This document shows, in pieces, positions 57,762 through 64,000 of a stretch of 64,000 nt of DNA. The number at the start of each line of letters is the position of its first letter. Position 1 is the first letter of the stretch. The stretch is from the NCBI RefSeq assembly GCF_009914755.1, contig NC_060925.1; one strand, given 5' to 3'. Below the pieces are notes generated by a model. That model did not search any database. It saw only the letters and a list, made by a program, of their open reading frames with translations, and was not told the DNA's origin. A program made the position numbers and the translations under genes. Origin of the DNA: the human T2T-CHM13v2.0 reference genome, Homo sapiens.

Positions 57762-57807
57762 ATGACCCTCATTTATATTCTAAGGATAGATCATGGTTAG
57801 TGTATGC

Positions 57808-58020
57808 CAGTGATTCTCCATTGGGAATGGTTTCACCCTCCAGGGGACATTTGGCATTGGCTGGAGACATTTTTGGTTATCACAAGTGGGGAAAGCTACT
57901 GGCATGTAGGATGTAGATGCCAGGCATACTGCTAAAAATACTGCAATGCATAGAATAACCCTCCACAACAAAGAATTACCTGGTTCCAAATGTCAGTACT
58001 TCAAAGACTGAAAAACTTTG
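57808..58020. mobile_element. MER20 hAT-Charlie MITE
   Basis: CAGGGGACATTTGGCA...GGAGACATTTTTGGTTATCACAA...CAACAAAGAATTA...CAAATGTCA. Confidence 0.85.
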
Positions 58021-59940
58021 ATCTAAGCTAACTATGGTAATCTCATTTCATTTGCCAATCATTCATTTGGGAATGAGCATGGGGCTAATTTCACAGGACT
58101 TTTGTAAAGTTTTTCTCTTAAAGTAAGTGATACACTTATTGTTATTGATGATGTTATGTCTGCACATGACATGTAGAATTGTTGCATCTATCTTTTCATC
58201 AGCTTGAGGATGAAGCCAACATGTAGAGGAGGGCAGAACCAAGGAAAATGCAGAGAAAAGGGTTCAGGGCTTTGATGTACATTTCAACTGTGCCTGCAAC
58301 CTGTTCTACCTCTTGTTACATGGGGCTATAAATCTACTTATGGTCTATGATAGAATGAGTAGAGTTTTCCTATTACTGGTAACCTAAAGCATCCTAACTG
58401 ATACTGCCATGTTGAATTGCTTGTGAATGATTCAAAATGATGGTGTTAAGTAAAGTATTGAACATGTAGCATTAGAGCTTAGCAAAAAGGTTATGATTAG
58501 AGTAAGAGCTGTAAAAGATTTCATAGAGAGGTGACAGGTGCAGTTATGGAATTGGCGATCTAGTCCAATCAGAGCTTGGAGAGCAAGAAGAAAATGCAAT
58601 ACAATTTTACAATATAGCTCTTAAATTATGAGTGTGAGAATAAGAAAATGTAATGAAAGACTTGTTAAAAGGATTCAGAAAAGCTATGCGTGGAGCTCAG
58701 TGGGTGATATGATGTGATACAGACAACTTGCTGTCTACTGAAAAGTTGTGCTTTTTGTTCCATACTATAGAATAATTACTAGGATGTAGATGCTCAGCCA
58801 GAAACTACCTTTCCAGATCCCCTAACCTCAAGAAAGTCTAATGAAAAATAATTTGTTTTTTTAAAGCTTGGGGGAGTTGAACATATATCCTAAGCAGAAG
58901 GGGAAACAAGACTTTGTGGTAGAAGAAGAACATTGATGAAATAAATAGATGTGATTGATGGGATGGCTTTGGAATAGATGTGAAGGGCTGCATTTAAATT
59001 TACTTAAGAAGGGTATAACTTTGGAAAGGAAAAGCAACTCTAACACCAGTTTATCTACTACAGGAGGAAAGATGGGAAGAATGCACACAATATAAATAAA
59101 GAAGAGGGCAGTTAAAGGAGTTCATGGCTAACTTTTTATTTTTCCCTGACAGTGTCTGTTGAGAATGAGGGACTCTGGTGCTTGATCTGAATGATAAAGA
59201 TTTACTAACTGCTTTTAGGCAATGGAGAAGAGCGGCAGAGGAGAGCTAAATAAATGAATTGCTGAGCTGTTGGAGATGAATCTCATAAATTTGTGATGGA
59301 TCAAATTAGCATATATGTGTAATCCCCCGTGGAATGCACAGCGACCCTTGAAAGGAAATAGTTTTGTTAATTCGAGCTTGGAGTTTGGAAGGAAGAGTGG
59401 AATAGATTAACTGGTAAAGTAGTAACTGAAAAAAACGCTGGTAGGAATGTTGCTGAAATTGTTGAGCATCACATTGTCAGTAGAAATACATTCATATGAC
59501 TTTGGAAACTTAGGGTATTGAAGAAAATATTGGGAATTAATAATGGTTAGAATAAATCATTAGCCATCAATTTATCATCTTTCAGGGATAAAGCTTAGGG
59601 GTGGGCAAACACTTAATTAAAATGAGAGTGATGTGGGATAAAGTATGACTGACATCAAAAGGTCAGTTCTTGGATGTCTCCTGTGTCACTAATTCACGCC
59701 ATTTTGAAATAGAAATGAAATTACCAAATTCACCCACTTTTCAGATGAACAATCTGACATTCGGAGATGCTAAGGGCAGAGTGGATTCTCAAGGTCAGGT
59801 AGATTTTTAGTGACTAAACTGAGATTATCACCTGGATATTTTTGTTCTTAGCTGAATGTCCTCTTTTTTGAGCAGTTCTAGAGTATGTGAAAGACAGAGA
59901 CTTCATAAAAACTTCAAGAATAAGTAAGAAAAGAAATAAT

Positions 59941-60114
59941 CCAGCCCATCGTTGTGGCACACACCTGTAGTCCCAGCTACTTGGGAGACTGAACTAGGAG
60001 GATCACTTAAGCCCAGAAGTTCGAGACTGTAGTGTGCTATAATCATGCCTGTGAATAGCCACTGCACTCCTCTGGGCAACATAGTGAGACCCTGTCTCTT
60101 AAAAAAAGAAAAAA
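59941..60114 (+). mobile_element. FAM (fossil Alu monomer), near full length
   Basis: CCTGTAGTCCCAGCTACTTGGGAG...GACTGTAGTGTGCTATAATCATGCCTGTGAATAGCCACTGCACTCC...A-tail. Confidence 0.85.
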
Positions 60115-61128
60115 ATGGAATGAGTGAGTCTCTTCAATTAAACAAATATAAATGCCTCATTGAACTGGGAACTATTTTGAAAACATTTTTCTATCTATCA
60201 TATTATGGAAGTTCTAGGAGGTTGGTCACATATAAACAGGCTGGCTCCTATGGTTTGGGAGGAACATACTTTGCAGGGAATCTGGATGAAAGCCAGGTAG
60301 GGCAGTTGTTTAGGAGTCAAATAACAGGGTGATAAAAAGTCACTGGAGGGAAACAAAAAGGGATTTGATGTAACTAATTGATTGTGAATGCAGCCTGAAG
60401 CATGTGAATTGGGGAAGACCTTCACAGTCCACTGACTAAGTATGTGCTTTTTAATCAAGAGGTTAGTGTTTCTGTGAGTCCTGTTTCTCTTCTGAAAGGG
60501 GCTTATTCATTGGGGGAGTTATTGGGAACATGTGTTTATTGGGCTGGGATAGGGAAAGCTTTAACATTGTTGAAAGAGGTCAGCAGTGATACTCAACCTC
60601 TGCTGTACCCTATGGTAATTGACAATGCTCTAATAGGAGCAGGCTGTATAGAAAAGTGCTGTCTCCCTTTAGGTTACATTGACTGTTCTATATGTTGAAA
60701 AGTAAAGCTATGAAGTCTGAGTTTGTTTTTATATGTGACCCAAATCATGGCTCAGAGCATACAGTTTACTAGGTGATAAGCCATTGGTATTTCCTATTTA
60801 TTTATTGATATTTCCTATTTTATTTATTTCCTATTTATTTTTATTAGATCTAGTTTATTATTTTCATATTTGAATTTTTTGTAAACTCCAGTTTTCTTAG
60901 AGATTTTTATGAACCTTTAAATTGTCTCTCTTGTGCACTTAATAATTGGAGAGCACAGATGTCTTTCTGCATTTTAATTAGATAGCTTGTTTTTAGGGAC
61001 CATATGCTATCTTCACTCCTTGCGTGGAATGTTTGTTTCTGTCATTAAATTTTCCCTCTCCTGGGTAAGTGAGGAACATGCCCATCAGGTGGTGATTAAC
61101 TTTAAGTATTAACAATAATTGTATAGGG

Positions 61129-61130
<2 letters not shown>

Positions 61131-61162
<32 letters not shown>
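61131..61162. repeat. (GT)16 microsatellite
   Basis: Direct count. Confidence 0.95.
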
Positions 61163-61163
<1 letters not shown>

Positions 61164-62130
61164 CAGTCTTTAGTCAATGAAAATAGCCATATTGTAATGT
61201 GGAGTAAATACAAATCTCTTTTTTAGTAATTACATTCTTGTGACTTTCTTGTAATAAAAAAAAATTCCTAAGGATGAAGCTTACTTCATTAGGTTTCTGC
61301 TGGGGATGAATTGTTTTGAAAGCTTGGTAAAATAAATAGGGTCATTGTGAGAGTGGAAAAAATATATATGCTTTTAGCATCACAGATGCTTCATTTATTC
61401 TGGGATAACAGAAAGCATGATTACATAAAAATGCATAATATGAATGGCATGTATGTTTCCCTATAAGTGGTTGCCTGTTTCAGATGTTTGTGTTTCTATG
61501 ATCTCCTTCCTGTTGGAATATTCACTTTTTATAAGACTTTACAGATTTTCTTTCAGTAATTGCTGCTTTCATTTGATGAATTACATTTTGTTATATTATT
61601 TATTGTTAAGAATAGAATTGCCTTTGAAAGTATGGTTTGCTCATAGCCAATTAAACCATAAATACAACAGACAGTGCAGTTATGCAGCAGATCTTACTCT
61701 TATGACTTACTGTTCAAGTGTAAAAGTGAATTCGCTAGATCCATACAGGACAATATTTATTATTATAGTCTTATTTTGCATAATTTTCAATACCCAGGAG
61801 GTGCTACAAGTTCCAGTGCCTTTTCTGATCCTTATTTTCTGCTTTTCTCCACTGGCTAGTTATGTGATAAGGACATGGAGAGATGAGAATGAAGAGTGTA
61901 GATGGAAATTTCGTGCTGTCTCCTCTCCATCTTCCCCTGTTCGAAGGCATCAATGCAGAACATTTTATCTTCTTATACCTCTATAAGGTATCATTCAATA
62001 CATTCAATAGCTCAGTCTCCAGAATCTTACAGTCTTGCTACAAAGCAATCTCCAATTTCAAATGTTTGACACAATGTTAAAGTAGGATTATTGGGATCTC
62101 AGTATGCACAACTGCGGTGCACTATGCTTG

Positions 62131-62429
62131 CTTTCTTTTTCTTTTTTTTTTTTCTGAGATGGAGTCTCGCTCTGTCGCCAGGCTGGAGTGCAGTGGCACG
62201 ATCTCGCCTCACTACCATCTCCGCCTCCTGGCTTCAAGTGATTCTCCTGCCTCAACCTCCTGAGTAGCTGGGACTACAGGCATGCGCCACCACACCCAGC
62301 TAATTTTTGTATTTTTAGTAGAGACGGTGTTTCACCATGTTGGCAAGGATGGTCTCGATCTCTCGACCTGGTGATCCGCCCGCCTCAGCTTCCTGCTGGG
62401 ATTACAGGCATGAGCCACTGCACCTGGCC
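62131..62429 (-). mobile_element. Alu (AluSc-like)
   Basis: TGTCGCCAGGCTGG and GGATGGTCTCGATCTC diagnostics; degenerate TSD CACT.TG.TT.CTTT. Confidence 0.92.
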
Positions 62430-63030
62430 CACTGTGGTTTCTTTACATCTTATTTATGTTAGACATAGGCAGCTCTATTATCCTCCAGCTGGTTGTGATA
62501 TGGTCTAAGTGAAATCTTGCTTCCATCCTTTTTGAGGCCTATTTGCCATGCTCTTAACTGCCTTTCCAGGACTGGATATATTGGGCATTCAATATGCTTT
62601 TCTTGTCCTGACATTATGGTTACGGGGGAGAGCAGAACTTGAAAGGGGCTGTGGCTGTCTATGGCAGTGGATGGACTAATCTGTTTGCCTAAAGGCCATT
62701 GAAAACAAAATGGGCTAGGGTTTCCTCCCCTAATTGGGGAACTTTCTTACTCCCTTGAGTTTCAGATCTTCCAGAGTCAAGATGAACTCCCAGAATCTTC
62801 ACTGTTTTCAAAGATAATTAGCCCTAAGTGTTCACTTGCCCTGATTAATCCCAGCAGCTCTTAGTCAGTGAGGGATTCCTGACTCTTTTTAGTCAGTGAG
62901 GGACAAACTGTGGATTTTGGACATGACATATAGTTCACAGAGGTATGGGGACATCCATAGATACCCTCTGTGTGTTTCTCTATGAAGGCTTCCCATTCCC
63001 TCGGAAAATTGTGTCTTATTTTCTCTTTCA

Positions 63031-64000
<970 letters not shown>

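Larger units (their letters stand above)
57316..58404 (+). mobile_element. Old MLT1 (J-like) LTR hosting an MST LTR and a MER20
   Basis: Fragments 57316-57382, 57762-57807, 58021-58404; ends AAAGCATCCTAACTGATAC. Confidence 0.55.

Noticed and set aside
59941-60114. 7SL RNA gene or pseudogene
   Set aside because: Lacks the 7SL S-domain and ends in an A-tail; fits FAM.
61444-61986. 180-aa ATG-initiated hydrophobic ORF in intron 1
   Set aside because: Composition follows T-rich DNA; no domain, promoter or splice support visible.

Overview
Primate (almost certainly human) genomic DNA, AT-rich and repeat-dense, holding the 5' end of HMCN1 (hemicentin-1/fibulin-6) on the + strand. It has about 19 kb of upstream sequence and a CpG-island promoter with an NF-Y CCAAT box. 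Exon 1 carries a GC-rich 5' UTR with two uORFs and 268 nt of CDS (signal peptide plus the start of the VWA domain, 19468-19735). The first ~44 kb of intron 1 follows, and no second exon was found. The rest is interspersed repeats (Alu/FAM/FLAM, L1, L2, MIR, MaLR and ERV1 LTRs, hAT MITEs) and microsatellites. Apart from HMCN1 exon 1 and an L1PA ORF2 C-terminus, the ORF-track entries are repeat, low-complexity or GC-content artefacts. I see no convincing new multi-gene system. The best leads are regulatory: a pure (GGAA)17 microsatellite ~18 kb upstream (candidate EWS-FLI1 response element), a strong-Kozak in-frame uORF, a possible intronic-polyadenylation micro-isoform, and two diverged ~107-108 bp tandem duplications in intron 1. 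Repeat subfamily names and boundaries were assigned by eye and are approximate.
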